Program-made: the position numbers and the translations under genes | Shown: positions 7,741 through 18,774 of the stretch, one piece after another | Layout: every line of letters begins with the position of its first letter | Numbering within the stretch: position 1 is the stretch's first letter | Notes under the pieces: model-generated | Database searches by the model: none | Told to the model about the DNA's origin: nothing | What the model saw: the letters and a program-made list of their open reading frames with translations, nothing else | Assembly: GCA_000025185.1 (NCBI GenBank) | Contig: CP001848.1 | Location: 3,450,001 to 3,482,000 of the forward strand | Source of the DNA: Pirellula staleyi DSM 6068 | Lineage (GTDB): Bacteria; Planctomycetota; Planctomycetia; Pirellulales; Pirellulaceae | Length of the DNA stretch: 32,000 nucleotides | Direction: 5' to 3'

Positions 7741-8658
7741 ATGCGGCACGTGCTAACCCTCTTGGAACTTTCGACCGAGGAAATCGAGCGCGTGTTTGCG
7801 ATCTCGCGTGACCTGAAAGCCAAACTGGCCGCCGGTGTACGCGAGCCACTCTTGCCTGGACGCATCATGGCGATGCTGTTCGAAAAACAATCGCTTCGCA
7901 CCCGGGTGAGCTTCGAAACTGCCATTGGCCATTTGGGTGGCAACAGCATGTTTCTTGGCCAGGATGTCGGTTGGGGCAAACGCGAGTCGGCTGCTGATTT
8001 CTCGCAGGTCCTCAGTCAATACGTCGACGTGATCGTTTGCCGCACGACAGCACATGCCCGCATCGAAGAACTCGCTAAGTACTGTACAGTTCCCGTCATT
8101 AACGGCCTCACCGATTCGGCGCATCCTTGCCAGGCACTGGCCGACGTCTTCACGCTCGTCGAGATCCATGGAGATCTGACTGGCAAACGGGTGGCATATG
8201 TCGGAGATGCAAATAACGTGGCGAAAAGCCTCGCCATTTGCTGCGGTAAACTCGGTATCGAATTCTCAATCGCCGCTCCGAAGGGCTATGAATTCGACGA
8301 CGAGTTTCGCCAGACGCTTAAGGCTGCTGCCCCGAACATGAAACTCCTCGAGAGCCGAGACCCGAAGGAAGTGGTGAAGGGGGCAGTTGGTGTTTACACC
8401 GATGTCTGGGTGAGCATGGGGCAAGAGGCGGAGCAAGACGAACGTCGCCGAGCCTTTGCAGATTATCAAGTGAACGAAGCCTTGATGAAGGTTGCTCCCA
8501 AGAACGCCAGCTTCCTTCACTGCCTCCCTGCCCGTCGTGGCGAAGAAGTGACGGATGGCGTGATCGATAGCCCACAGTCGGCTGTGATTCCCCAAGCAGG
8601 AAATCGGATGCATGTCCAAAAGGGTCTCATCGCTTGGCTCCTCAACGCGAAGGTTTAG
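7741..8658 (+). CDS. argF: ornithine carbamoyltransferase
   Basis: The ORF starts at 7726. I prefer the ATG at 7741 because it is preceded by GAGGAG. Motifs are SLRTR (carbamoyl-phosphate site), HPCQALAD, DVWVSMG and FLHCLPA, which are OTCase signatures. Confidence 0.95.
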   Translation: MRHVLTLLELSTEEIERVFAISRDLKAKLAAGVREPLLPGRIMAMLFEKQSLRTRVSFETAIGHLGGNSMFLGQDVGWGKRESAADFSQVLSQYVDVIVCRTTAHARIEELAKYCTVPVINGLTDSAHPCQALADVFTLVEIHGDLTGKRVAYVGDANNVAKSLAICCGKLGIEFSIAAPKGYEFDDEFRQTLKAAAPNMKLLESRDPKEVVKGAVGVYTDVWVSMGQEAEQDERRRAFADYQVNEALMKVAPKNASFLHCLPARRGEEVTDGVIDSPQSAVIPQAGNRMHVQKGLIAWLLNAKV

Positions 8659-8822
8659 TGAGCGACCCTGCGGGCGCTGGTAGGGGTGGAGCACTAGATA
8701 CGACAGCATGGGTCGATAGGTCGACTCTTGCTGCTCAAGATGCTGGCTCTCTTCTTCGCGATCCCAATGTTTGCTCTCGTCTCTAGTTCCTAGCTCCTCA
8801 TCTCTAGGCTCTCCACAGATCT

Positions 8823-9566
8823 ATGTCACGCACAGCTAGTGAACTTCGGCCGATCAAGATCAAACGCAACTACACGAAGATGTCTCCCGGAAGTGTACTG
8901 ATCGAAGCGGGAGAGACCGTGGTTCTCTGCACGGCGAGTGTCGATGCCAAAGTGCCCGATTGGCTCGCGGGGAAAGGGAAGGGGTGGATCACAGCCGAAT
9001 ACAACATGCTGCCGCACAGCACTCGTCCACGTAAGCAGCGCGAGCGGGCCAAGACGGATGGACGTACGACGGAAATCCAGCGTCTGATCGGACGCTCGCT
9101 GCGTGCTGTGATCGACCTTGAAGCACTCGGAGAGCGTTTGCTCCAAGTCGACTGCGATGTGCTGCAAGCCGATGGGGGAACGCGAACTGCCAGCATCACT
9201 GGCGCGTTCATCGCTGTGGTCGATGCGATCCGCTCGATCAAAGGAGATGCGAATAACCCCAAAAATTTGCCGATCACGCGGCCTGTGCTCCTCGACAGCG
9301 TGGCGGCAATCAGCGTGGGTATTGTCGAAGGTAAGCCAACGCTCGACCTCGAGTATGTGCAAGATGTCGATGCCGATGTCGACATGAACGTCGTGATGAC
9401 CGGCAGTGGAAAATTTGTCGAGATTCAAGGGACCGGCGAAGAAGCAACGTTCGACGACGCGCAGCTCGCAGCGCTCCTGAAACTCGCCAGGCAGGGAATT
9501 ACGCAGCTGACAACGATCCAGAAGACCGCGCTGGGCAAAGCGTGGCCCTTTCCGGTGAAGAAGTAG
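8823..9566 (+). CDS. rph: ribonuclease PH
   Basis: This is a 247-aa ORF. Motifs are [28 protein letters not shown] and [16 protein letters not shown], which make up the RNase PH core. Confidence 0.95.
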   Translation: MSRTASELRPIKIKRNYTKMSPGSVLIEAGETVVLCTASVDAKVPDWLAGKGKGWITAEYNMLPHSTRPRKQRERAKTDGRTTEIQRLIGRSLRAVIDLEALGERLLQVDCDVLQADGGTRTASITGAFIAVVDAIRSIKGDANNPKNLPITRPVLLDSVAAISVGIVEGKPTLDLEYVQDVDADVDMNVVMTGSGKFVEIQGTGEEATFDDAQLAALLKLARQGITQLTTIQKTALGKAWPFPVKK

Positions 9567-9576
9567 ACCGTCGCAG

Positions 9577-10050
9577 CTAGGGCGATAGCGAGTCGGGGTT
9601 TGTGGCTCGCTTGATCTCGTAGGCCGGATCGTGCGGCGCCACAAAAAAGGTCCGCTGATTTTCGTAGCTCTGGCCGTTGTCGAGCAGGCATCGGATGGTG
9701 ACGGTTACCAGGTGCCCTGATGTTGTTTTACCACTCCGCATTCCGGTAACTTGCTCCGGATTCGTGTCGATCTCAAGCACCGCTTGCCGCACGATTTTCA
9801 GGCTCAACTTGGCTTTGCGAACTTGATCGGTGAAGCGGCTGATAGCCAACCGCCATGCCGTTTCTTCGATGGGATTGGTGTGACACGCCCAGCCCATCAG
9901 GCTGAATTGATAGCTCGGTTTGCGGACCAGTAGCTGTCCAAAGAGCCAATAACCACCCAGGTCGGAGTTGCGACTGGTGTAGGTGCCCAAAAAACCTTGC
10001 AAGGCGTTTCGGATCGATTTGCGGCGCATGATGGAGGGCATCGGCTCCAT
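9577..10050 (-). CDS. hypothetical protein
   Basis: This is a 157-aa ORF convergent with rph. Its codon usage, read codon by codon, looks like neighbouring genes: third positions are G/C-rich and CGC, CCG, ATC and GCC are frequent. I do not recognise any motif. Confidence 0.55.
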   Translation of the reverse strand: MEPMPSIMRRKSIRNALQGFLGTYTSRNSDLGGYWLFGQLLVRKPSYQFSLMGWACHTNPIEETAWRLAISRFTDQVRKAKLSLKIVRQAVLEIDTNPEQVTGMRSGKTTSGHLVTVTIRCLLDNGQSYENQRTFFVAPHDPAYEIKRATNPDSLSP

Positions 10051-10278
10051 TGTAGTGCCAAGCTGCCGCTGGGGCGCAGACTGCTGATACTACCAACCGA
10101 TTAGCAGCCCATCTCTTCGGGACTGATCTTCGCCCGCTCGGCAATATTTCGAAGCTGACTACTGCTGAAAGGCACCACACGCCGTAATTCGTCGGCGATG
10201 GAATCGGACATGGCGAATAGATCGTGCTTTCGTGAGGGAGCAATTTGCGAGCACGTTGGCTCGAACGATTCGCAGGAG

Positions 10279-11730
<1,452 letters not shown>

Positions 11731-12087
11731 GGTGATGTCGTCCTGAAAAGGCGAGCCTGGGAGGGGCAGCAAAGATTGGCGTAGCATAGCGTTGCGAGCT
11801 TTCTCACAAAAGCTGATGCTAGTTAGATGTGCTTGCGGCAAGTTGCTCAGTGTGCCAAAGTCGCGGCGGCATTGTCTAGCGATGCATCAGCGGCAAAGAC
11901 AGCGAGTGCCGTCGTGGAAAACGACAGCGGTGAGATCAACGTTCCGCCGCGCGATTGCATTGCCGCAAATCGAAATGCCACGAAGAACTAGCGACCGATC
12001 GTCCGCTGAGCTTTAGGCTCTACCAGATTTCAGGTAACGCGACCATTCTTTGCATGATTAACGTCGAGCGGGTCTGTGCCCTTCGCG

Positions 12088-12315
12088 TTATCGTTCGGTC
12101 GTCGAAACAGGTGGCAAGTCAGGCTTGGTCGCACCGTTTGCTATCTCGCGATGGGCACGAGCGAGTGCTTCAAACACTTCGTGCCGATGTACGGGAACCT
12201 CGTGAGGAGCTTCGATGCCAATGCGCACCTTGTCTCCCTTCACTTCAACCACTGTGATCACGATATTGCCGTTGATGACAATCCGTTCGTCCTTTTTGCG
12301 TGATAGTACCAGCAT
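12088..12315 (-). CDS. csrA: carbon storage regulator CsrA (RNA-binding translational regulator)
   Basis: The ORF runs to 12345. The canonical start is MLVLSRKKDERIVI at 12315. VKGDKVRIGIEAPHEVPVHRHEV is the CsrA core. The product is 75 aa with a short C-terminal extension. Confidence 0.9.
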   Translation of the reverse strand: MLVLSRKKDERIVINGNIVITVVEVKGDKVRIGIEAPHEVPVHRHEVFEALARAHREIANGATKPDLPPVSTTER

Positions 12316-12377
12316 GACCGCACCGAATCCTTGGTAAACCGACAATCCCCCTAAGGAAAATAAAGCAACTAGGGAAA

Positions 12378-12406
12378 ATTGTAGGAGCCGCCACAGAAAA
12401 AGTTAA
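12378..12406 (-). promoter_or_regulatory. candidate promoter for csrA
   Basis: On the minus strand, TTAACT (12406-12401), a 17-nt spacer, then TACAAT (12383-12378). This would give a leader of about 55 nt. Confidence 0.35.
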
Positions 12407-12615
12407 GTCTCGTCAAGCGATTACCGACGACGCGAACAAGTCTTGCGATGCCAGTGGGTGGCTGGCAATTTCTGCGGCAAGGGCTCTAACTGTTTTGTGG
12501 GTCGATGGTTACATGAAATCATGCGGCCAGTTTCCAGAGGCAATATCGGGCCCTGGAACTGGTCAAAAAAACAGTGGACAACGAAGCGGACAGCATTCCG
12601 AGTCTCGGTTCTGCC

Positions 12616-13497
12616 CTAGTTTTTCTGCGGATCGTAAAGCAAAGGGAAGAACTGACCAGTCACTTGAGTCCCCGCCGGAACCGGAGGGACCCCATTGAGA
12701 AGGGCGTCGTTGCTACTGCTGCCGACACCGTCGCGCATCACGTTAATCACCGTTGCACGTCGTGGTCGAGGAGTTCGATTCTCAAAGCTTCCGTGTACCA
12801 GCAGCGGATGGTGGAACGAACAACAGCCGGCATCGAGTTCAATCGCCACAGGATGCTGAAACTGTTCCCACTGTTCGGGCGAAAGCACCTCTTGAATCGC
12901 TTCCATATCTCCCGCGAGACCGGTGATAGGTAGCAGAGGCCAAAGATGGCTCTTGGGAACGTAGTGCAAACAGCCGTTATCCACTCGGCTGTCGTCGAGA
13001 CCAATCCAGCAGGTCAAATGGGCCATCGGCTGTGTCCGGGTCCAGTACGAATAGTCCTGATGCCAGGCAACCACGCCACCATGTTTGGCCGGCTTACAAA
13101 AGAGTTGATCGTGCCAAAACCGCACGGCTCCTCCCAGCAATTGACTAGCAGCCACCGTGAAGGCTGGGTTCCACAGAATATCGTGAAAAGCAGGGCGAAG
13201 ACGCCATGCCCCGAGCGCGTGAAACAGCACGGTGTCGGGATTCGAAGACTCGTTGGTGTGATACTCGTACCAAAGATCACGCCCCTCGTGCTCGGGCGAG
13301 AAAAACTCAGCGAGCTCATGCCGCAGTGTCTCCACTTGCTCGGTCGACAAAAGTCGAATACCGGAGAGATATCCCTCGCGGTGATAGAAGTCGACTTGCT
13401 CGTCGGTGAGTCGGAATTGCTCATACTCCGCCGCTGATTTTGGAAGTGTAAACAGATCGCTTGCGAGCTCGTGCAGTTTGGAATAGTCGGTGGTCAT
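12616..13497 (-). CDS. phytanoyl-CoA dioxygenase (PhyH) family Fe(II)/2-oxoglutarate oxygenase
   Basis: This is a 293-aa ORF. It has the N-terminal FYHREGYL pattern, an HxD iron ligand in WHQDYSYW, a distal His in LVHGSFEN, and an Arg in the RPRRA context. Confidence 0.8.
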   Translation of the reverse strand: MTTDYSKLHELASDLFTLPKSAAEYEQFRLTDEQVDFYHREGYLSGIRLLSTEQVETLRHELAEFFSPEHEGRDLWYEYHTNESSNPDTVLFHALGAWRLRPAFHDILWNPAFTVAASQLLGGAVRFWHDQLFCKPAKHGGVVAWHQDYSYWTRTQPMAHLTCWIGLDDSRVDNGCLHYVPKSHLWPLLPITGLAGDMEAIQEVLSPEQWEQFQHPVAIELDAGCCSFHHPLLVHGSFENRTPRPRRATVINVMRDGVGSSSNDALLNGVPPVPAGTQVTGQFFPLLYDPQKN

Positions 13498-13760
13498 ATC
13501 GCTGGGCAGTTAGTCACAAATGTGGAGAGGTCAAAAAAGCCTGGGAAGAGGAAGATGCACTCGACGTCATTCATCGACGCTCTAGTGCTCAACTATTTGC
13601 ATCGCCACGGTCTCGAAAATCAAGTCGCCTAGCGAAGATTTATCGCGACACCGAGCGGAGATTGAGTGTGGACCGCGACAGCGTTACGATTGACACACAT
13701 CTCGAAGCTGTTTGATGATCGGACCACTTCGACCCACCCATCTCTCCAAGGATTTCTCGA

Positions 13761-14663
13761 ATGCGTTTGTTCGTACTGGCCTCGCTCGTCGCTGCGATTT
13801 GCATCGTCAGCACTTCTGCAGTCGCTCAAGATGGGGCGGCACCTGCTCCTAGCAAAACCGAGCTACTTTGGCCGGCTGGTGCACCGGGAGCCAATGGAAC
13901 GGAAGACAAAGATAAACCGACACTCATCATCTACCTGCCCGAAGCCAGCAAGGCGACTGGCTGTGGTGTCGTCGTTTGTCCGGGTGGTGGCTACGGCGGT
14001 CTTGCGATGGGGCATGAAGGTCACGATATCGCCCGCTGGCTGAACGATCATGGCATCGCCGCTTTCATTTGCGACTATCGTCACGCCGGAAAGGGGTACA
14101 AACACCCGGCTCCGATCAACGACGCTCATCGCGCCATTCGCACGGTTCGTGCTCGCGCGAAAGAGTTCAATGTCGATGAGAAGAAGATTGGCATCCTTGG
14201 TTTCTCAGCCGGGGGACATCTCACCTCAACAGCTGCGACTCACTTCGACTCGGGCAATGCCGAGTCGAGCGATCCGATTGAAAAAATGAGTTGCCGCCCC
14301 GATTTTGTAGTGCTCTGCTATGCCGTGATTGCCCTCGATCAGCCTTACACGCATAAGGGATCGCAGAACAACCTGCTCGGCCCCGATGCTCCCGCTGAAC
14401 TTGTCGAATCGCTCTCGAATGAAAAGCAAGTTACCAGCAACACCCCACCGACCTTCCTGTGGCATACGTACGAAGACACCGCTGTTCCGCCGATGAACAG
14501 CGTGGTGTTCTATAAGGCAATGGTCGAGAACAAGGTTCCTGGCGAACTGCACATCTATCAAAAGGGGCGTCACGGAGTGGGGCTTGCTCGCGATATCGAG
14601 GGGACCAAGGGGTGGCCCGAAACGTGCCTCCATTGGCTGAAAACGAGCGGGTTTATCAAGTAA
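13761..14663 (+). CDS. secreted alpha/beta-hydrolase (carbohydrate/acetyl esterase-like)
   Basis: This is a 300-aa ORF with signal peptide MRLFVLASLVAAICIVSTSAVAQD. It has an oxyanion-hole-like CPGGGYGG and the nucleophile elbow GFSAGGH. Confidence 0.8.
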   Translation: MRLFVLASLVAAICIVSTSAVAQDGAAPAPSKTELLWPAGAPGANGTEDKDKPTLIIYLPEASKATGCGVVVCPGGGYGGLAMGHEGHDIARWLNDHGIAAFICDYRHAGKGYKHPAPINDAHRAIRTVRARAKEFNVDEKKIGILGFSAGGHLTSTAATHFDSGNAESSDPIEKMSCRPDFVVLCYAVIALDQPYTHKGSQNNLLGPDAPAELVESLSNEKQVTSNTPPTFLWHTYEDTAVPPMNSVVFYKAMVENKVPGELHIYQKGRHGVGLARDIEGTKGWPETCLHWLKTSGFIK

Positions 14664-14796
14664 TAACTTGTTTTTCATACCGACTCGATCATGAAAACTT
14701 CGTTCCCCACGACAAGATTCGTGGGTGACGAGCGAACAGGCTCTTTGCCTAGCTTCGAAACATCTCGGTGAATTCTTTCGGGAAGTGAGACTTGCT

Positions 14797-15756
14797 ATGT
14801 CGACTATCGCTTGCACATCTTGTGGCAAACAATATGCACTCACGCCGCAGATCGCGGGGAAGCAAGTGTGCTGCACAAGTTGCAGTGCTGTGTTTTCGGT
14901 TCCGCAACTTGCCGATGTGGCGTTTCAGCCTGAAGTGATCGGACCTGGAAAATCGCGAAACGCCGATGAAATCGACTACAAGATCTTCGGCGAAGAGATG
15001 CAGTATGTCGAAGTGACGCTGGACCCAAGCGAGATGGTGATCGCGGAAGCGGGCGGCATGATGTACATGACCAGCGGCATCAAGATGGAAACGGTGTTTG
15101 GCGATCCGGGCCAAAAACAGCAAGGCTTCTTTGGCAAGCTGATGAGCGCCGGCAAGCGGATGGTCACAGGCGAGTCGCTCTTCATGACGACGTTTTCCAA
15201 CGCCTCTACGCAGCGCGAAGTGGTGGCATTTGCTTCGCCGTATCCGGGACGCATCATTCCGATGCATCTCGATCAACTCGGGGGAGAGTTGATTTGCCAG
15301 AAAGATTCGTTCCTCTGCGGTGCCCGAGGAATTCAGATCGGAATCGCATTTCAGAAGAAGATTGGTGTGGCCCTGTTTGGTGGTGAAGGCTTCATCATGC
15401 AGCGTCTGACCGGCGATGGAATCGTGCTGATGCACGCAGGTGGCACACTGATGGAACGTACGCTTTCCGCTGGCGAGACCTTGCGGGTCGATACCGGGTG
15501 CCTTGTGGCGCTGCAGCCGACCGTGAACTACGACATCGGGTTTGTGGGGGGGATCAAGAATTCGCTCTTCGGCGGCGAAGGGCTGTTCCTGGCCACGCTC
15601 ACTGGTCCCGGAAAAATTTGGCTACAGTCGCTGCCCTTCTCGCGCTTGGCGGGACGTATTCATGCGGCAGGTAGTGGAACTAGTGGCAAGGACGAAGGTT
15701 CGGTCCTCAACAGCATCGGTGGCATCGGCAACATGTTTATGGGTGGTGGCGATTGA
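14797..15756 (+). CDS. AIM24 / TIGR00266 (DUF124) family protein with an N-terminal CxxC...CxxC zinc ribbon
   Basis: The ORF starts at 14725. I prefer the ATG at 14797, which is preceded by GGAAGTGAGA. The N-terminus MSTIACTSCGKQYALTPQIAGKQVCCTSCSAVFSVP is a zinc ribbon. The body (YKIFGEEMQYVEVTLDP.EMVIAEAGGMMYM, GESLFMTTF, LFGGEGFIMQRLTGDG, LFGGEGLFLATLTGPGKIWLQS) matches the AIM24 double-psi-like repeats as I remember them. Confidence 0.8.
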   Translation: MSTIACTSCGKQYALTPQIAGKQVCCTSCSAVFSVPQLADVAFQPEVIGPGKSRNADEIDYKIFGEEMQYVEVTLDPSEMVIAEAGGMMYMTSGIKMETVFGDPGQKQQGFFGKLMSAGKRMVTGESLFMTTFSNASTQREVVAFASPYPGRIIPMHLDQLGGELICQKDSFLCGARGIQIGIAFQKKIGVALFGGEGFIMQRLTGDGIVLMHAGGTLMERTLSAGETLRVDTGCLVALQPTVNYDIGFVGGIKNSLFGGEGLFLATLTGPGKIWLQSLPFSRLAGRIHAAGSGTSGKDEGSVLNSIGGIGNMFMGGGD

Positions 15757-15785
15757 CGCAGCCGAGTGAGCGAAAATCGCTTGAA

Positions 15786-17015
15786 TTAAGTGGTCTTCGC
15801 AATCTTTTCCCAGTCAAGGGGTAAGCTGATGTCGAGTGATGCGAGGGGCGCTTGCATCGCTTCGACATACTTTTGGGCAGCGCCGGTATTGAAGATCACC
15901 ACATCTTCGCTCCGCCCAATCCAGCCGCTGCTGGTGAGCTGCGCCACGGCTGCGACACAGGCCGCACTTTCGGGGCAAAGGGCGATACCCTCTTGTCGAA
16001 CGGCCATTCGTTGCCAGTCGAGGAGTGTTTCCTCGGCCACTGCGAGCGCAGTGCCGCCACTTTGACGGACCGCGTCGAGAATCAGAAAGTCTCCCACGGC
16101 CACCGGAACTCGCAGCCCACTCGCAACGGTGTGAGCGTTGGGAAACAGTTCGGCAAACCGCTCGTTCTTGTCGTAGGCTGTGGCGATGGGGGCACAGCCC
16201 GAGGATTGCACACTCACCATTCGCGGAAACTTTTCGCTCGAGATCCACCCCAGCGCGGCCAACTCCTGAAACGCTTTCCACATCCCAATGAGTCCCGTGC
16301 CGCCTCCGGTGGGATAAACGATGACGTCGGGCAATTTCCAATTACACTGCTCGGCCAGTTCGAGACCCATCGTCTTTTTGCCCTCGAGACGATACGGTTC
16401 TTTGAGGGTCGAGAGATCGAACCAGCCCATCGTCTGCTGACCTTGGCGAACGATCTTGCCGCAGTCGTTGATCAGCCCATTTACCAGGAAGGTTTTGGCC
16501 CCTGCCAGTTTGCATTCGAGCTGGTTGATGATCGGGGTATCTTCGGGCATGAAGACATAGCATTCGAGACCGGCTCGAGCGGCGTACGCAGCAGCGGCTC
16601 CACCGGCATTTCCAGCAGTTGGCAGCGCCACACGCTGCACGCCGAACCGGCGCGCCATGGTGATGGCCATCGCGAGGCCGCGGCTCTTGAAGCTCCCGGT
16701 CGGGAGCTGCGATTCGTCCTTGATCCAGAGGCGATCGAGCCCGAGATCGCTGGCGAGTCGAGGGCAGGGAAGAATCGGTGTAATCGATTCGCCGAGAGAA
16801 ACGACATCGGCATCGTCGAAATAAGGCAAGAGTTCGCGGTAGCGCCACATCGACCAAGGTCGCGCGCGAAGTTGATCGGGCGTGACTGCGGCGCGAACAG
16901 CTTCCAAATCGTAACGGACTAAAATGGGGCGATCGCGATGCAGGGAAGCGATTTTGTCGGCATCCAGGCGCTCGCCGTCGATAGCGCCTTCGAGGTGAGT
17001 TACAAAGCGGGGCAT
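15786..17015 (-). CDS. thrC: threonine synthase family PLP-dependent enzyme
   Basis: This is a 409-aa ORF. It has the PLP lysine motif PTGSFKSRG, LPTAGNAGGAAAAYAA and the glycine loop YPTGGGTGLIG. Confidence 0.8.
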   Translation of the reverse strand: MPRFVTHLEGAIDGERLDADKIASLHRDRPILVRYDLEAVRAAVTPDQLRARPWSMWRYRELLPYFDDADVVSLGESITPILPCPRLASDLGLDRLWIKDESQLPTGSFKSRGLAMAITMARRFGVQRVALPTAGNAGGAAAAYAARAGLECYVFMPEDTPIINQLECKLAGAKTFLVNGLINDCGKIVRQGQQTMGWFDLSTLKEPYRLEGKKTMGLELAEQCNWKLPDVIVYPTGGGTGLIGMWKAFQELAALGWISSEKFPRMVSVQSSGCAPIATAYDKNERFAELFPNAHTVASGLRVPVAVGDFLILDAVRQSGGTALAVAEETLLDWQRMAVRQEGIALCPESAACVAAVAQLTSSGWIGRSEDVVIFNTGAAQKYVEAMQAPLASLDISLPLDWEKIAKTT

Positions 17016-17033
17016 GGTTGCTTGTGAATTTGC

Positions 17034-18663
17034 CTAGCGAAGTGTGAGGAATTTACTCAGCTCACCGTAGGCCAGCACGCATGCGCACACAAGCATACCG
17101 ATCGACGAGACCCACAGAAAAATATCCCAGACGACACCGGGGGTGACCCGTTTATCGCTTCGGCAGTATCGAAAATAGAGGGCAGCGCCCGACAGCATCG
17201 GAAGCATCAAGGCCTGCATCATCCCACTCAGCAACACAAGCTCGGCCGGTGTTCTTGGGATTGCTAGGAACAGGACTAGGCAGAAAAGGGGCAAGAATCC
17301 GCTGAGGATACGGACACGCTTTTGATGTGCTTCATCGCCTCGCGCTGCCAGCCCGATCACTTGCAGCGAATCGGAAAAAACTCGAGCATGCCCCGCGTTG
17401 GCAATAAAGAAGGTGGAATAGAGGACCGCGAAAGCGCCAGCGAGAAACAAAACTTTGGCCCAGGTTCCGAAGATCGGTTCGTACATCACGTTTAGTGTAC
17501 GAACGAGGTCTTTGTCTTCAGGGATGAGTCCTGTGCGGCCAAGAATGGCGGCTCCAAGCAAATAGAACGCAATGGTGGCGATGGTGTAAACGATCATGGA
17601 GCACCAGGCGTCCCAGCGCATCACGTTCATCCAGCCGCGAGCACGCTCGCCCCACGACGGCGATTCGTCGCGCGGTCCGGTGTATCTGGCATAGCCACAT
17701 TCGATACACCAGTAAGGATAAGCGAGGAGTTCTGTTGCCCCCCACCCCGATGATTCCAAAGGTTTTGAGCGCGGTTGCAAGAGCTGCCCCAGGTTTGGCG
17801 GCGCTTTCCGTGGGAAGTCCGAACGAAAGTCCGGACGCGATATCGCCCCAGGTGATCGCCCAGGTTTCGGTTTGATTGAGCATCACGACATTCACAACCG
17901 TCATCAGGGTGAAGATGGCGACAAGCGCGGTGCTTAGGTTCTGGATGAGTCCGTAACGTCCGAAGTAGAGGAAGACGGAGGTGACGACCCCCACGATGAC
18001 GGCCCAGAGTTTGTCGTCGGTCCAGTAGCGCGACTGACGTGGATGCTCGGCATCGAGCTTGGCCTGCTGGGTCGTTAGTTCCTCGCGCTCGATCGTCAGG
18101 GGAGCCCGCGCTACGTCTTGCTGATCGGTCGGGAGTTTGTCGATCGACTTAAGTTCGGCAGCCACGACCGCGAGTCGCGAGGTGATGTCTTGGCGAACGT
18201 TTTCGTAGCGTCCTTCGGTCGTCAGTGGGGCGCTGATGGCGAGCGCTTGGCCGACGCCGCCGATGATTCCACCGAGCTGCGCGAGGCTGGCAAAAAACAT
18301 CGCAAAGTAGTACCAAACCAGCCAGTTGCCGCGTCCTTGAATGCGTGGTCCTGGAACGTCGGACAAGGCATCGAGCGTGTTCTTGCCACGCACAATGGCA
18401 TCTCGCCCCAGTTCCACCTGCACAAACACCTTGATCACACAGCCGAGAATGATGAGCCACAGGAGCGAAAATCCTGCCTCGGCACCGGTCTTGGTGGTGG
18501 CAATCAGTTCGCCAGAGCCAACGATCGAGCCGGCGATGATGAGGCCCGGTCCAAGTTGGCGCAAGATGCCAAAGAGGCTCGAAGGAGGTGTCGCAGTCGT
18601 GACGATCGGCTCAAATCGAGAGGAGGCGCGATCCTCGCTCGAGGATGCTGCTGGAGCGTTCAT
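17034..18663 (-). pseudogene. Nramp-superfamily (COG1914-like) membrane transporter, interrupted by a +1 frameshift at a C6/G6 run
   Basis: Two overlapping ORFs, 17518-18729 and 17034-17780, lie one frame apart. The upstream frame reads ..[12 protein letters not shown] then turns to nonsense. The downstream frame reads ..[25 protein letters not shown]. Removing one C from the run at 17738-17743 gives a continuous [16 protein letters not shown] and a single 542-codon ORF. The likely start is the ATG at 18663 (MNAPAASS). Confidence 0.8.
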
Positions 18664-18774
18664 GGGATAGCGAGCTCGACGGTGGGAGAGGCAGTGGAGA
18701 GCGCTGGTCAAAGACCGACGTGCGACCACCGTAACCTAGCGGCGAACTGCTGAAAAGAACTATTTCGCGAGAGA

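Noticed and set aside
10101-10211. A 36-codon minus-strand ORF (MSDSIADELRRVVPFSSSQLRNIAERAKISPEEMGC) with a faint helix-turn-helix flavour, upstream of the 157-aa hypothetical gene. I considered it as a possible antitoxin-like partner.
   Set aside because: It is too short for a full HTH domain. It has no Shine-Dalgarno or promoter evidence, and its partner has no toxin-like features. It cannot be distinguished from chance without comparative data.
11731-11841. A 37-codon N-terminal extension of the sulfatase ORF.
   Set aside because: The internal ATG at 11730 gives a canonical signal peptide at the very N-terminus, whereas the extension would bury it.
12527-12571. An imperfect inverted repeat, CCAGTTTCCAG...CTGGAACTGG, next to an A7/T7 run, considered as a terminator for the PhyH gene.
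   Set aside because: On the minus strand, the PhyH sense strand, the T-run precedes the stem. On the plus strand the stem is followed by A residues. Neither orientation gives a canonical intrinsic terminator.
17518-17780. Treating the two overlapping transporter ORFs as separate genes.
   Set aside because: The last 73 residues or so of the upstream ORF and the first 13 or so of the downstream ORF are non-protein-like. A single-base correction at the C6 run yields one continuous transporter sequence.
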